Origin: Lutibacter sp.
Lineage (GTDB): Bacteria; Bacteroidota; Bacteroidia; Flavobacteriales; Flavobacteriaceae
Direction: 5' to 3'
Length of the DNA: 64,000 nt
NCBI RefSeq assembly: GCF_041596795.1
Contig: NZ_JBFHHX010000003.1
Location: 426-64,425, forward strand
How positions within the stretch are numbered: position 1 is the first letter of the stretch; every line of letters starts with the position of its first letter. The notes under the pieces are model-generated. The model did not search any database and was not told the DNA's origin. It saw only the letters and a program-made list of their open reading frames with translations. Below, piece after piece: positions 54,924 through 64,000 of this stretch. The position numbers and the translations under genes are program-made.

Positions 54924-57737
54924 TTATCCAACTAGGTTAATTATTTTGCCCGGAACTATAATTACTTTTTTAGGTGTTCTACCTTGTAATTGCTCTTGTG
55001 TTTTTTCGTGAGCCATTACAATATCTTCAATTTCTTGTACGCTTAAATCCAACGACAACTCAATAGTAAAACGCATTTTTCCGTTAAATGAAACAGGATA
55101 TACTTTAGTACTTTCAACCAAGTATTCTGGTTTAAATTCAGGAAAATCTACTGTTGAAACAGAAGTTGTATGCCCTAAATTTTTCCATAATTCTTCAGCA
55201 ATATGAGGTGCGTATGGTTCAATAATTATTGCTAATGGTTCTAAAATAGCACGTTTATTACATTTTAAAGCTGTTAACTCATTTACGGCAATCATAAATG
55301 TTGAAACCGAAGTGTTAAAAGAGAAGTTTGCTATATCTTCTTCAACTTTTTTAATTGTTTTATGCAACGTTTTTAACTCTTCTTTTGATGGTTCATCATC
55401 TGAAACTTTAAATTCACCATCAACAATATACAGTTTCCATAATTTTTTTAAGAAAGAATAAACTCCAGAAATACCAGAAGTTTTCCAAGGTTTTGATTGC
55501 TCTAATGGTCCTAAAAACATTTCAAATAATCGTAAACTGTCTGCTCCGTATTCTTCACAAATTTGATCTGGATTAACAACGTTGTATTTAGATTTGCTCA
55601 TTTTTTCAACCTCACGACCAACAATATATTTTCCGTCTTCTAATATAAATTCGGCGTTTTTATACTCTTCTCGCCAATTTTTAAAAGCTTCAATATCTAA
55701 CTCATCAGAACCATTTACAAAAGAAACATCTGAATGAATTGGTTGAACTTTTAAATCTCCAATCAAACCTTTTGAAACAAATTTATTTTCACCTTCAACT
55801 CTGTAAACAAAAGCTGAAGTTCCAGTAATCATTCCTTGATTAATTAGCTTTTTAGCATATTCATCTACAGGCAAAATACCTTTATCAAACAAGAATTTTT
55901 GCCAAAAACGAGAATATAATAAATGCCCAGTTGCGTGTTCGCTACCACCAATATATAAATCTACATCTTGCCAATACTCTACCGCTTCTTTACTTACAAA
56001 TTCATCGTTATTTGAAGGATCCATATAACGATTAAAATACGATGAACTTCCTGCCCAGCCTGGCATTGTGTTTAGTTCTAATGGAAATATATTCACATTA
56101 TCAATCAATTCATTGCTTACTACCGCTGCCGTTTGGCAGTTCCAAGCCCACGTTGTGGCATTTCCTAAAGGTGGTTTTCCGTCTTCGGTAGGTAAATATT
56201 TTTCTACTTCGGGCAAAACAATTGGCAAATGTTTTTTGTCAATCATTTGCGGCAAACCATTTTTATAATATACTGGGAAAGGTTCTCCCCAATAACGTTG
56301 ACGACTAAAAACGGCATCGCGCAAACGGTAATTTATTTTTCCATACCCAAACCCACGTTTTTCAATTTCGTAAATAATGGTTTTCATTGCTTTTTTATAA
56401 GGCAAACCGTTTAAAAAATCAGAATTTGCAATTACTGAACCTTCTTTATCGGTAAATGCTTCTTCTGAAATATCTACACCATCAAAAATATTTATAATAT
56501 CAATTCCAAAGTGTTTTGCAAAGGCATAATCACGCTCATCACCACAAGGAACTGCCATAACAGCACCTGTTCCGTAGCCAGCTAATACATAATCACCAAT
56601 CCAAATTTGAACTTTTTTACCAGTAAAAGGGTGTAATGCATATGCTCCTGTAAACACACCTGAAATTGTTTTTACATCGGCCATTCTTTCCAACTCACTA
56701 CGTTTTGATGTAGCTTTAATATAAGCTTCAACTACATCTTTTTGCTCTGGCGTTGTAATTTTTGAAACTAATTCATGCTCTGGAGCCAATGTCATAAAAC
56801 TAACTCCAAAAATGGTATCAGGTCGAGTTGTAAACACTTCAATTTTATCCTTAAAACCATCAATATTAAAAGAAACCATAGCTCCTTCCGAACGCCCAAT
56901 CCAATACGTTTGAATATCTTTTAACGGTTGTGGCCAATCAATTTTAGCTAAACCATCTAACAATCGTTGCGCATAGGCAGTAATTCGCATACTCCATTGC
57001 ATCATTTTTTTACGAACAACTGTGTGTCCGCCACGCTCAGAAACTCCGTTTACAATTTCATCATTTGCCAAAACTGTTCCCAAAGCCGGACACCAGTTTA
57101 CTTCTGCTTCTGATAAAAATGTTAATCGGTATTTTAATAATATGTTTTGTTTTTCTTCTTCTGTATAATTTTCCCAATCTGCTGATGAAAATTGTTCAAT
57201 TTCTTCATCACAAGCTGCTTTCACATTCTTATTTCCTTCAGTTTCAAAAACGGAAATTAAAGTAGAAATATCTTCGGCTTTATTGCTTGTTTTATTGTAC
57301 CAAGAATTAAATAATTGAATAAAAATCCACTGAGTCCATTTATAATAATTCGGGTCTGAAGTTCTAACCTCACGTGACCAATCAAATGAAAATCCAATTT
57401 TATCCAATTGTTTTCTATACGTAGCAATATTTGCTTCAGTAGTAATTGCTGGATGTTGCCCTGTTTGAATAGCGTACTGTTCTGCTGGTAATCCAAAAGA
57501 ATCGTACCCTTGCGGATGTAATACATTAAAACCTTTATGGCGTTTGTAACGCGCATAAATATCAGATGCAATATAACCTAGCGGATGCCCAACATGTAAA
57601 CCTGCTCCAGATGGATACGGAAACATATCTAACACATAAAATTTTGGTTTATTTAAATTATTTACTGCTTTAAATGTTTGGTTCTCTGCCCAATATTTTT
57701 GCCAGTTAGCTTCTATCTCTCTAAAATTGTATTCCAT
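54924..57737 (-). CDS. leuS: leucine--tRNA ligase
   Basis: 937 aa, PYPSGAGLHVGH (HIGH), KMSKSK loop. Confidence 0.97.
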   Translation of the reverse strand: MEYNFREIEANWQKYWAENQTFKAVNNLNKPKFYVLDMFPYPSGAGLHVGHPLGYIASDIYARYKRHKGFNVLHPQGYDSFGLPAEQYAIQTGQHPAITTEANIATYRKQLDKIGFSFDWSREVRTSDPNYYKWTQWIFIQLFNSWYNKTSNKAEDISTLISVFETEGNKNVKAACDEEIEQFSSADWENYTEEEKQNILLKYRLTFLSEAEVNWCPALGTVLANDEIVNGVSERGGHTVVRKKMMQWSMRITAYAQRLLDGLAKIDWPQPLKDIQTYWIGRSEGAMVSFNIDGFKDKIEVFTTRPDTIFGVSFMTLAPEHELVSKITTPEQKDVVEAYIKATSKRSELERMADVKTISGVFTGAYALHPFTGKKVQIWIGDYVLAGYGTGAVMAVPCGDERDYAFAKHFGIDIINIFDGVDISEEAFTDKEGSVIANSDFLNGLPYKKAMKTIIYEIEKRGFGYGKINYRLRDAVFSRQRYWGEPFPVYYKNGLPQMIDKKHLPIVLPEVEKYLPTEDGKPPLGNATTWAWNCQTAAVVSNELIDNVNIFPLELNTMPGWAGSSSYFNRYMDPSNNDEFVSKEAVEYWQDVDLYIGGSEHATGHLLYSRFWQKFLFDKGILPVDEYAKKLINQGMITGTSAFVYRVEGENKFVSKGLIGDLKVQPIHSDVSFVNGSDELDIEAFKNWREEYKNAEFILEDGKYIVGREVEKMSKSKYNVVNPDQICEEYGADSLRLFEMFLGPLEQSKPWKTSGISGVYSFLKKLWKLYIVDGEFKVSDDEPSKEELKTLHKTIKKVEEDIANFSFNTSVSTFMIAVNELTALKCNKRAILEPLAIIIEPYAPHIAEELWKNLGHTTSVSTVDFPEFKPEYLVESTKVYPVSFNGKMRFTIELSLDLSVQEIEDIVMAHEKTQEQLQGRTPKKVIIVPGKIINLVG

Positions 57738-57762
57738 TTTTGCTATTCCTTTTTGAAAAGTG

Positions 57763-57770
57763 CAAAGTTA
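57763..57770 (-). promoter_or_regulatory. -7 promoter box (TAACTTTG) for leuS
   Basis: Perfect TAnnTTTG on the minus strand, 25 nt upstream of ATG 57737. Confidence 0.45.
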
Positions 57771-57831
57771 CGTTTTAAATAGAAAACAGTAAAGTCTAAT
57801 TTTTACATTGATTTTATTTGTTTAAAATTGC

Positions 57832-57839
57832 TAAATTTG
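57832..57839 (+). promoter_or_regulatory. -7 promoter box (TAAATTTG) for the patatin gene
   Basis: Perfect TAnnTTTG, 16 nt upstream of ATG 57856. Confidence 0.45.
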
Positions 57840-57855
57840 AGAAAACAACTCTAAA

Positions 57856-58626
57856 ATGGCTAAGGAAATTGGTTTGGTTTTATCGGGCGGAGGCGCAAGA
57901 GCAATTGCTCATATTGGGTTTATTAAAGTTTTACTAGAAAACAACATTGTACCAACAAAAGTGGCAGGTACCAGTGCGGGCGCATTAGTCTCTGCGCTGT
58001 ATGCAGCTGGCTACACCCCAAAAGAAATGCTAACTTTTTTTGAACAAACACCGTTATTAAAATTCTCATTATATGCTTTAAATAAACCTGGTATTATGGA
58101 CAGTGAAAAGTATATTCTGTTTTTTAAAAAGTTTTTTCCTGATAATTCTTTTGAAAGTTTAAAATTACCTTTAACCGTTACCGCAACAAATTTAATAGAG
58201 GCAAAACTTGATTTTTTTAATTCGGGTGAACTAATTAAGCCACTTATTGCTTCATCTGCTATTCCTCCTATTTTTTCTCCGGTTGAAATTAAAGGCAATT
58301 TGTATGCTGATGGTGGAATTTTAAATAATTTTCCAATAGAACCTTTGTTAGATTGTGATATTATTCTTGGTAGCTTTGTAAATCCAGTAACTACTATTGA
58401 TAAATCTGAAATAAATTCTTCCTTAAAATTATTATACAGAGTATATCATATTGCATTAGATGCTAGTAATTTGAAAAAATTTGATAAATGTAAGTATGTT
58501 TTTACTCCAATTGGTTTAAACGATGTTGGAGTATTAGACTCTAATTCAGTTAAAAAAGCTTTTGATTTAGGATATGAATTAGCACAAAAAGAGGTTGATA
58601 AAATATTAAAATCAATAAATGAATAG
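57856..58626 (+). CDS. patatin-like phospholipase (cytoplasmic, stand-alone)
   Basis: GLVLSGGGARA, GTSAG, DGG motifs. Confidence 0.8.
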   Translation: MAKEIGLVLSGGGARAIAHIGFIKVLLENNIVPTKVAGTSAGALVSALYAAGYTPKEMLTFFEQTPLLKFSLYALNKPGIMDSEKYILFFKKFFPDNSFESLKLPLTVTATNLIEAKLDFFNSGELIKPLIASSAIPPIFSPVEIKGNLYADGGILNNFPIEPLLDCDIILGSFVNPVTTIDKSEINSSLKLLYRVYHIALDASNLKKFDKCKYVFTPIGLNDVGVLDSNSVKKAFDLGYELAQKEVDKILKSINE

Positions 58627-58706
58627 ATTCTTTACTATTAATAATTTTAAATTTTTTAAGTTAAAGGTTATTTTATACTTTTCACAACTTAAATAAACTG
58701 TACAAT

Positions 58707-59639
58707 TTGACCGATACTAATTACAAAGCCCATTTTGCCCTTTTAGGAGCCAATATAATATATGGTGCTAATTTTTTAATTGCCAAAGGCTTAATGCCCG
58801 AGAAAATTGGAGCTTCGGGGTTGGTTTTAATTAGAATTATTGCTGCAGGAATTTTATTTTGGATAGTAAAGCTATTTGTAAATGAAAAGGTTAATAAACG
58901 AGATTATATTTTACTGGCTTTATGCGGATTGTTTGGAGCGTCAGTAAATATGTTGTTGTTTTTTCACGGTTTAAATTTAACTTCTCCTATTGATGCTTCT
59001 ATTATTATAACTGCTACACCTGTAATAGTTTTAATTTTTAGTGCAATTATTTTAAAAGAAAAAATTACAACAAACAAGTACATTGGAATTTTTATAGGCG
59101 CTGTTGGGGCAATAATTTTAATTGTTCACGGCAAAAGCGCAGGTGGAAACAGTTCCTTTTTAGGGAATTTATTTGTGTTTTTTAATTCTTGTACTTATGG
59201 TTTATATTTGGTATTGGTAAAACCATTAATGAAAAAATATAAGGCTATAACTGTTGTTAGCTGGGTGTTTTTATTTGGACTTATTTTTACTTTTCCCTTT
59301 GGAATAAACAATTTAATATCAACAAACTTTAATGCCTTTACAACAAACACCTATTTAGCAATTGCTTTTGTTGTTATTGGAACAACTTTTTTAACCTATT
59401 TGTTTAATATTTACGCATTAAATTATGTACCTCCATCTGTAAACGGAAGTTATATTTATTTACAACCAGTTGTTAGTTTTATTTTGGTTAGTATTTATGC
59501 TTTTGCTTATGGAAATAATGAATATGCTAAAGATATTAATTGGATTAAAATTGCAAGTTGTGTTTTGGTAATTTTTGGCGTGTATTTAATTAGTAGAAAA
59601 AAGCCTTTAAATTTTAGTAAAAAAACAATTTCCAATTAA
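58707..59639 (+). CDS. EamA/DMT family transporter
   Basis: 10-TM profile. Apparent TTG start, since there is no in-frame ATG before the first TM helix. Confidence 0.7.
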   Translation: MTDTNYKAHFALLGANIIYGANFLIAKGLMPEKIGASGLVLIRIIAAGILFWIVKLFVNEKVNKRDYILLALCGLFGASVNMLLFFHGLNLTSPIDASIIITATPVIVLIFSAIILKEKITTNKYIGIFIGAVGAIILIVHGKSAGGNSSFLGNLFVFFNSCTYGLYLVLVKPLMKKYKAITVVSWVFLFGLIFTFPFGINNLISTNFNAFTTNTYLAIAFVVIGTTFLTYLFNIYALNYVPPSVNGSYIYLQPVVSFILVSIYAFAYGNNEYAKDINWIKIASCVLVIFGVYLISRKKPLNFSKKTISN

Positions 59640-60563
59640 TTAAAGTCTCGCTCGTTTTTCCTGTGGTAATAAGCAATAATATATAAAATCGTTTATAGGT
59701 GTTGGCACTCCTAATTGTTTTCCAAATTTAACTACAGTTCCATTTTGTGCTTCCAATTCAGATGGTTTTCCTTCCATGATATCGCGTTGTAAAGAAGCTG
59801 TTGTACTATAAGGTTGATTATCTATTATTTTAAAAGTTTTCTCAATGGTTTCTTCGTTAATATCAATTCCTTTTGCTTGAGCTACTGCAACAATTTCTTT
59901 TGATGTACCTTTCATTAATTGATATATTTCTGGAGAAGCAATCATTTCTCCATTAGTAGAACGTGTTAAAGCGCCAATAGCACTCACCGTAGTAATATAT
60001 AAAAACTTAGTCCATATTTCTTTAAAAATTGAATTTGAAAGTCGGTTTGTAATTCCGGCTTCATTCAATATTTTTTCTAGTTGCAAAGCTCTTTCAGAAA
60101 TCTCTAAATTTAATTCACCAAAAACAATAGTTGGTTCGTAAGACATATGATTGATAATACCATAATCTTCTACTTTACTCACCACCAAGCACAAACCACC
60201 TAGCACATGTTTTTTATCAATAACAGAACATAAAACATCTTGATTTTCAACACCATTTAACAAAGAAATTACCATTGTGTTTTTATTTAAAACTGGTTTT
60301 ATTTTCTCTGCAACTTCAGCAACTTGCCACGTTTTTGTACAAACAAAAATTACATCAATATCTTTTATTTCCGAAATATCATCTGTTGCATTCGCTGGTT
60401 TTACCAAATAATCTCCCTTAGGACTTAATAATTGCAATCCATTTTTCTGAATAGCCTGCAAATGTTTTCCACGCGCTATAAATGTTACGTTGTTTCCAGC
60501 TTCAGCCAATCGCGCTCCAAAATATCCTCCAACACCACCAGTTCCATAAATTACTATATTCAT
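59640..60563 (-). CDS. panE: 2-dehydropantoate 2-reductase (ketopantoate reductase family)
   Basis: IVIYGTGGVGGYFGARL Rossmann loop; C-terminal STTASLQRDI / E.. motif. Confidence 0.8.
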   Translation of the reverse strand: MNIVIYGTGGVGGYFGARLAEAGNNVTFIARGKHLQAIQKNGLQLLSPKGDYLVKPANATDDISEIKDIDVIFVCTKTWQVAEVAEKIKPVLNKNTMVISLLNGVENQDVLCSVIDKKHVLGGLCLVVSKVEDYGIINHMSYEPTIVFGELNLEISERALQLEKILNEAGITNRLSNSIFKEIWTKFLYITTVSAIGALTRSTNGEMIASPEIYQLMKGTSKEIVAVAQAKGIDINEETIEKTFKIIDNQPYSTTASLQRDIMEGKPSELEAQNGTVVKFGKQLGVPTPINDFIYYCLLPQEKRARL

Positions 60564-60650
60564 TTCTTTTCAATTTGCCTCAAAAATACAATTTTACACA
60601 CTAAAAATCAAAATATTATGTTGTAATTTAGACAAGTCTAAAAATATTTT

Positions 60651-60658
60651 TATATTTG
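60651..60658 (+). promoter_or_regulatory. -7 promoter box (TATATTTG) for the dtxR-feo cluster
   Basis: Perfect TAnnTTTG, 16 nt upstream of ATG 60675. Overlapped by the palindrome TAAAAATATTTTTA (60639-60652). Confidence 0.45.
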
Positions 60659-60674
60659 ACTAAATATCAATACT

Positions 60675-61334
60675 ATGTTTTCACTGTCAGAAGAGAATTA
60701 TTTAAAGGTTATTCATAATCTTAAAATTGCAAATTCAAAAAATGCAAGCACTACTTTAATTGCAAAAGAGCTTCAAACAAAAGCTTCTTCAGTTACAGAT
60801 ATGTTAAAAAAATTAGCCGATAAAAAACTGGTAAATTACCAAAAATACAAAGGAGTTTCATTAACAAAAAAAGGTGAAAACATTGCATTAAACATTGTTA
60901 GAAAACATAGACTTTGGGAAGTTTTTTTGGTAGATACATTACATTTTAATTGGGATGAAGTACACGAAGTTGCAGAGCAATTAGAACATATAAAATCTGA
61001 TCAATTAATTGATAGATTAGATGCTTTTTTAAAATATCCAACAAAAGACCCTCACGGAGATCCTATTCCAACAAAAAATGGAACACTTCCGTTAGATAAT
61101 TCCATTTTATTAAGCAATGCCGATACACAAAAATTATATAAAATATCATGCGTAAAAGATAACTCAAAATCGTTTTTGCAGTATTTAGACAAACATGCAA
61201 TTACTATCAATTCTGAAATTACCATTATTGATAAAATTGATTTTGATTCTTCTATAATTGTAAAATTAAGTAACGGTATTCCATTAACACTTTCAAGTAA
61301 AGTAAGCACTAATGTTTTTGTTAATTTAATTTAA
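60675..61334 (+). CDS. DtxR/MntR family metal-dependent transcriptional regulator (wHTH + dimerisation + SH3/FeoA-like domain)
   Basis: [34 protein letters not shown]. Confidence 0.8.
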   Translation: MFSLSEENYLKVIHNLKIANSKNASTTLIAKELQTKASSVTDMLKKLADKKLVNYQKYKGVSLTKKGENIALNIVRKHRLWEVFLVDTLHFNWDEVHEVAEQLEHIKSDQLIDRLDAFLKYPTKDPHGDPIPTKNGTLPLDNSILLSNADTQKLYKISCVKDNSKSFLQYLDKHAITINSEITIIDKIDFDSSIIVKLSNGIPLTLSSKVSTNVFVNLI

Positions 61335-61338
61335 AACC

Positions 61339-62379
61339 ATGACAAGTCCAGCAACATATTTACTAGTTTTTATACTTTCAACACTATTATTAGTTGTGCT
61401 TTTTTATCCAAAAAGAGGCATTTATTGGCGATTAAAAAACAGTTTTAAAAATGACACTAAAATATTGATTGAAGACATATTAAAAAAGTTGTATCATGCA
61501 GAAAATGAAGGTAATTCGTTAAACACAAATGATATAATTTCTTCTACAAATATCCGTCAGATAAGAATTTTGGAAAGCATTGCAGAAATGGAGGCGAAAG
61601 AATTAATCAGCTTTAAAAATGGCTATATTAAACTAACTGATAATGGTATGGATTACGCACTTAGAATTATTAGAGTGCATAGATTATGGGAAAAATATTT
61701 ATCAGAAAAAACTGGTTTTGATAAAAAAGACTGGCACGGAATTGCTGAACACATGGAGCATAAATTAGACACCAATCAAACAAAAGAATTAGCTCTTAAT
61801 TTAGGAAATCCAAGATTTGACCCACACGGAGATCCAATTCCTACAGAATTTGGAGAAGTAGAAACAATTCACGGAAAACCAATGCCAGCTTTTAAAGAAG
61901 GAACCATTGGAAGGATTCAGCATATTGAAGATGAACCCGAAATTATATACCAACAAATTTTAGCTGAAGATTTACACATTGGATCTCGCGTTCATATTGT
62001 TGAAAACAACGATAAACGTATTGTTTTTCATTCTGAAGGAGAGGAGTTTATTTTAGCGCCAATTGTTGCTAATAATATTACCATTTTAGAATTATTGAAG
62101 GAAGAAATTTCAGAAGAAAATATTTTTAGATTATCAAATTTAAAAGAGAATGAACACGCTAAAATTATTGGAATTTCTAACGAATGTAGAGGTGAAATGA
62201 GACGTAGATTACTAGATTTAGGCTTTGTGAAAAACACAAAAATTAAAATAGATTTAATTAGTCCAATGAGCAATCCAAAATCGTATTTAGTAAGAGATAC
62301 ATCAATTGCTATACGAAACGAACAAGCAAAATATATTTTAATAGAAAAGGTAAATGAATATGCAAACAGTAACAAATAG
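61339..62379 (+). CDS. N-terminal TM helix + DtxR-like module + SH3-like domain + FeoA domain fusion protein
   Basis: [17 protein letters not shown] hydrophobic helix; [29 protein letters not shown]; C-terminal FeoA-like [23 protein letters not shown]. Confidence 0.7.
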   Translation: MTSPATYLLVFILSTLLLVVLFYPKRGIYWRLKNSFKNDTKILIEDILKKLYHAENEGNSLNTNDIISSTNIRQIRILESIAEMEAKELISFKNGYIKLTDNGMDYALRIIRVHRLWEKYLSEKTGFDKKDWHGIAEHMEHKLDTNQTKELALNLGNPRFDPHGDPIPTEFGEVETIHGKPMPAFKEGTIGRIQHIEDEPEIIYQQILAEDLHIGSRVHIVENNDKRIVFHSEGEEFILAPIVANNITILELLKEEISEENIFRLSNLKENEHAKIIGISNECRGEMRRRLLDLGFVKNTKIKIDLISPMSNPKSYLVRDTSIAIRNEQAKYILIEKVNEYANSNK

Positions 62380-63130
62380 TCCTTGTGACGGTTGCGCACA
62401 TAACAACGCTTCTGGGTTAAAAAAATTAGGAATACAGGTAGAAAACACCGACTTTGTTGTTGCATTAGCAGGAAACCCTAACACCGGAAAAAGTACTGTT
62501 TTTAATGCATTAACAGGACTTAGACAACATACCGGAAACTGGCCAGGAAAAACTGTTTCAAGAGCTGAAGGCGGTTATAGTTTTAACGATAAAAAATACA
62601 AATTAGTAGATTTACCAGGTACATACTCTTTACTTTCAACTTCTCAAGATGAGGAAGTTGCAAGAAATTTTATCCTATTTGGAAAACCTGATGTTACCAT
62701 TATTGTTGTTGATGCAAGCCGATTAGAAAGAAACTTAAATTTAGTTTTGCAGATATTAGAAATTACAGATAAAGCAGTGTTGTGTTTAAACTTAATGGAC
62801 GAAGCCAAACGCTTAGAAATAGAAATTGACGATAGAACATTGGCACGTGACTTAGGAATTCCAGTTATCCCTACAAGTGCGCGTTCTAAAAAAGGAATTC
62901 AAGAGTTAATTGCAACAATTCATAAAGTTGCTACTGGCGAAATTATTTGCAAACCACATCGCATAAAAAACGTTCCAAAACAAATTAGTAAAGCCTTAGA
63001 TACATTAAGTGCTGAAATTGAAAAAGAATATCCATCTATACCTAATAGCAGATGGATTGCTTTACGCTTATTAGATGGTGATGAGCGCATTATTGAAGCC
63101 GTAAAAACAGGAGAATTTATTACGGAATAA
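62354..63130 (+). CDS. feoB: FeoB N-terminal GTPase (G-domain plus part of the helical domain) as a separate ORF
   Basis: G1 [10 protein letters not shown]3 DLPG, G4 NLMD; ends ...[20 protein letters not shown] then TAA. Confidence 0.85.
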   Translation: MNMQTVTNSPCDGCAHNNASGLKKLGIQVENTDFVVALAGNPNTGKSTVFNALTGLRQHTGNWPGKTVSRAEGGYSFNDKKYKLVDLPGTYSLLSTSQDEEVARNFILFGKPDVTIIVVDASRLERNLNLVLQILEITDKAVLCLNLMDEAKRLEIEIDDRTLARDLGIPVIPTSARSKKGIQELIATIHKVATGEIICKPHRIKNVPKQISKALDTLSAEIEKEYPSIPNSRWIALRLLDGDERIIEAVKTGEFITE

Positions 63131-63156
63131 AACTTTTATACCGACACAAAACATAC

Positions 63157-64000
63157 ATGAAAACAAATAATATATTAAATAAAAGTAACGATTTAAGATG
63201 GCAAATTGGAGATGGTTTTCACGATAAACTAACCGAAGGTATTTATTCTGATGCCGCTCAAATTGCGCAAAATTCTGTGTTTAAAAAAGGATCAACTAAA
63301 CGTTTTAGGTTTGATAGAACTTTAGATAAAATTGTAACCAGCAAAATATGGGGTTTCCCAATTATGATTTTAATATTATCGGTAGTTTTATGGTTAACTA
63401 TTATTGGTGCTAATTATCCATCAGGTTTATTAGCTGAAATTTTATTAGATACTATTCATCCTTGGCTAAAAGAAACAGCTATTACCTTTGGATCTCCTAT
63501 TTGGCTTGCTGGTTTTTTATTTGATGGTGTTTATTTAGCATTGGCTTGGGTAATTGCTGTAATGTTACCACCAATGGCCATCTTTTTCCCTTTATTCACA
63601 TTGTTAGAAGATTTTGGTTATTTACCAAGAGCTGCTTTTAACTTAGATCATTTATTTAAAAAATCTGGAGCTCACGGAAAACAAGCATTAACTATGAGTA
63701 TGGGATTTGGGTGTAATGCAGCAGGTGTTGTGGCTACAAGAATAATTGACAGTCCAAGAGAACGGTTAATTGCAATTATCACCAATAATTTTTCTTTATG
63801 TAACGGCAGATGGCCAACTCAAATTTTAATTGCCTCAATTTTTATTGGTGCACTTGTTCCATCGGGTTTTGCAGGTGCTTTATCTACTTTATCAGTTATA
63901 AGTATAGCTTTATTAGGTGTATTTTTTACGTTTGCTGTTTCATATTTTTTATCAAAAACATTTTTAAAAGGAGAAGTTTCTTCGTTTACATTAGAATTAC
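63157..64000 (+). CDS. feoB: FeoB membrane (permease) portion as a separate ORF, truncated by the window end
   Basis: Not in ORF track (no stop in window). Hand translation gives [16 protein letters not shown]...[21 protein letters not shown]...GFGCNAAGV...SSFTLEL. Confidence 0.85.
   Translation, partial: MKTNNILNKSNDLRWQIGDGFHDKLTEGIYSDAAQIAQNSVFKKGSTKRFRFDRTLDKIVTSKIWGFPIMILILSVVLWLTIIGANYPSGLLAEILLDTIHPWLKETAITFGSPIWLAGFLFDGVYLALAWVIAVMLPPMAIFFPLFTLLEDFGYLPRAAFNLDHLFKKSGAHGKQALTMSMGFGCNAAGVVATRIIDSPRERLIAIITNNFSLCNGRWPTQILIASIFIGALVPSGFAGALSTLSVISIALLGVFFTFAVSYFLSKTFLKGEVSSFTLEL

Noticed and set aside
56068-57571. Several 61-104-aa ORFs on both strands within leuS
   Set aside because: All are embedded in the 937-aa LeuS reading frame, whose HIGH and KMSKS motifs are present.
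62028-62465. 145-aa minus-strand ORF spanning the DtxR-FeoA / feoB junction
   Set aside because: It is antisense to two motif-supported genes and has no recognisable motifs.
1-64000. Whole-window scan for tRNA, rRNA, CRISPR arrays, transposases, integrases, toxin-antitoxin pairs and known defence-system hallmarks
   Set aside because: None was recognised. Every long ORF has a housekeeping, transport, regulatory or resistance assignment, or is an isolated hypothetical. There is no support for a mobile or defence island.

Overview
The window is a visibly AT-rich chromosomal segment of Flavobacteriia (Bacteroidota) type. The taxonomic call rests on the adjacent gldE-gldD gliding genes, recurring TAnnTTTG -7 promoter boxes, the absence of Shine-Dalgarno sites, and many lipoproteins. 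It is densely coding, with about 70 genes, most of them housekeeping.

Main content, left to right:
- **Molybdenum cofactor region (1-12.4 kb):** moaD, moaE, moeB-rhodanese, mobA, moaC, moeA and moaA, interleaved with non-canonical genes. It is fused to a split YeeE/YedE transporter pair bracketed by two Crp/Fnr paralogs.
- **12-32 kb:** waaA, rplU-rpmA, an M16 peptidase pair, ctaA, gldD/gldE, ssb, mutY, HU, RNase G, a PlpD-like patatin autotransporter and uvrC.
- **Arsenic-resistance operon (32.3-38.0 kb):** nine co-directional genes.
- **38-60 kb:** lspA, a dksA-like gene, ileS, leuS, ald and panE.
- **Right edge:** a DtxR/FeoA/FeoB iron module.

I found no rRNA, tRNA, CRISPR array, transposase, integrase or recognisable defence system. 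I cannot point to an unambiguous new system. The best candidates for undescribed biology are:
1. Two ars-operon proteins with C-terminal vicinal-cysteine tails, together with the duplicated 17-nt box in that operon.
2. A membrane-anchored DtxR-SH3-FeoA fusion next to a FeoB split into two ORFs.
3. Non-Moco genes translationally coupled inside the Moco operons: a membrane MutS-like ATPase, a DUF1835 protein and a TrpF-like isomerase.
4. A CRP-type palindrome found twice at identical 20-nt spacing from -7 boxes.
5. An ORF below the ORF-track size cutoff encoding a 30-aa bS22-like basic peptide.

All family assignments come from reading motifs in the translated ORFs and from memory of those families. 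No searches were run.
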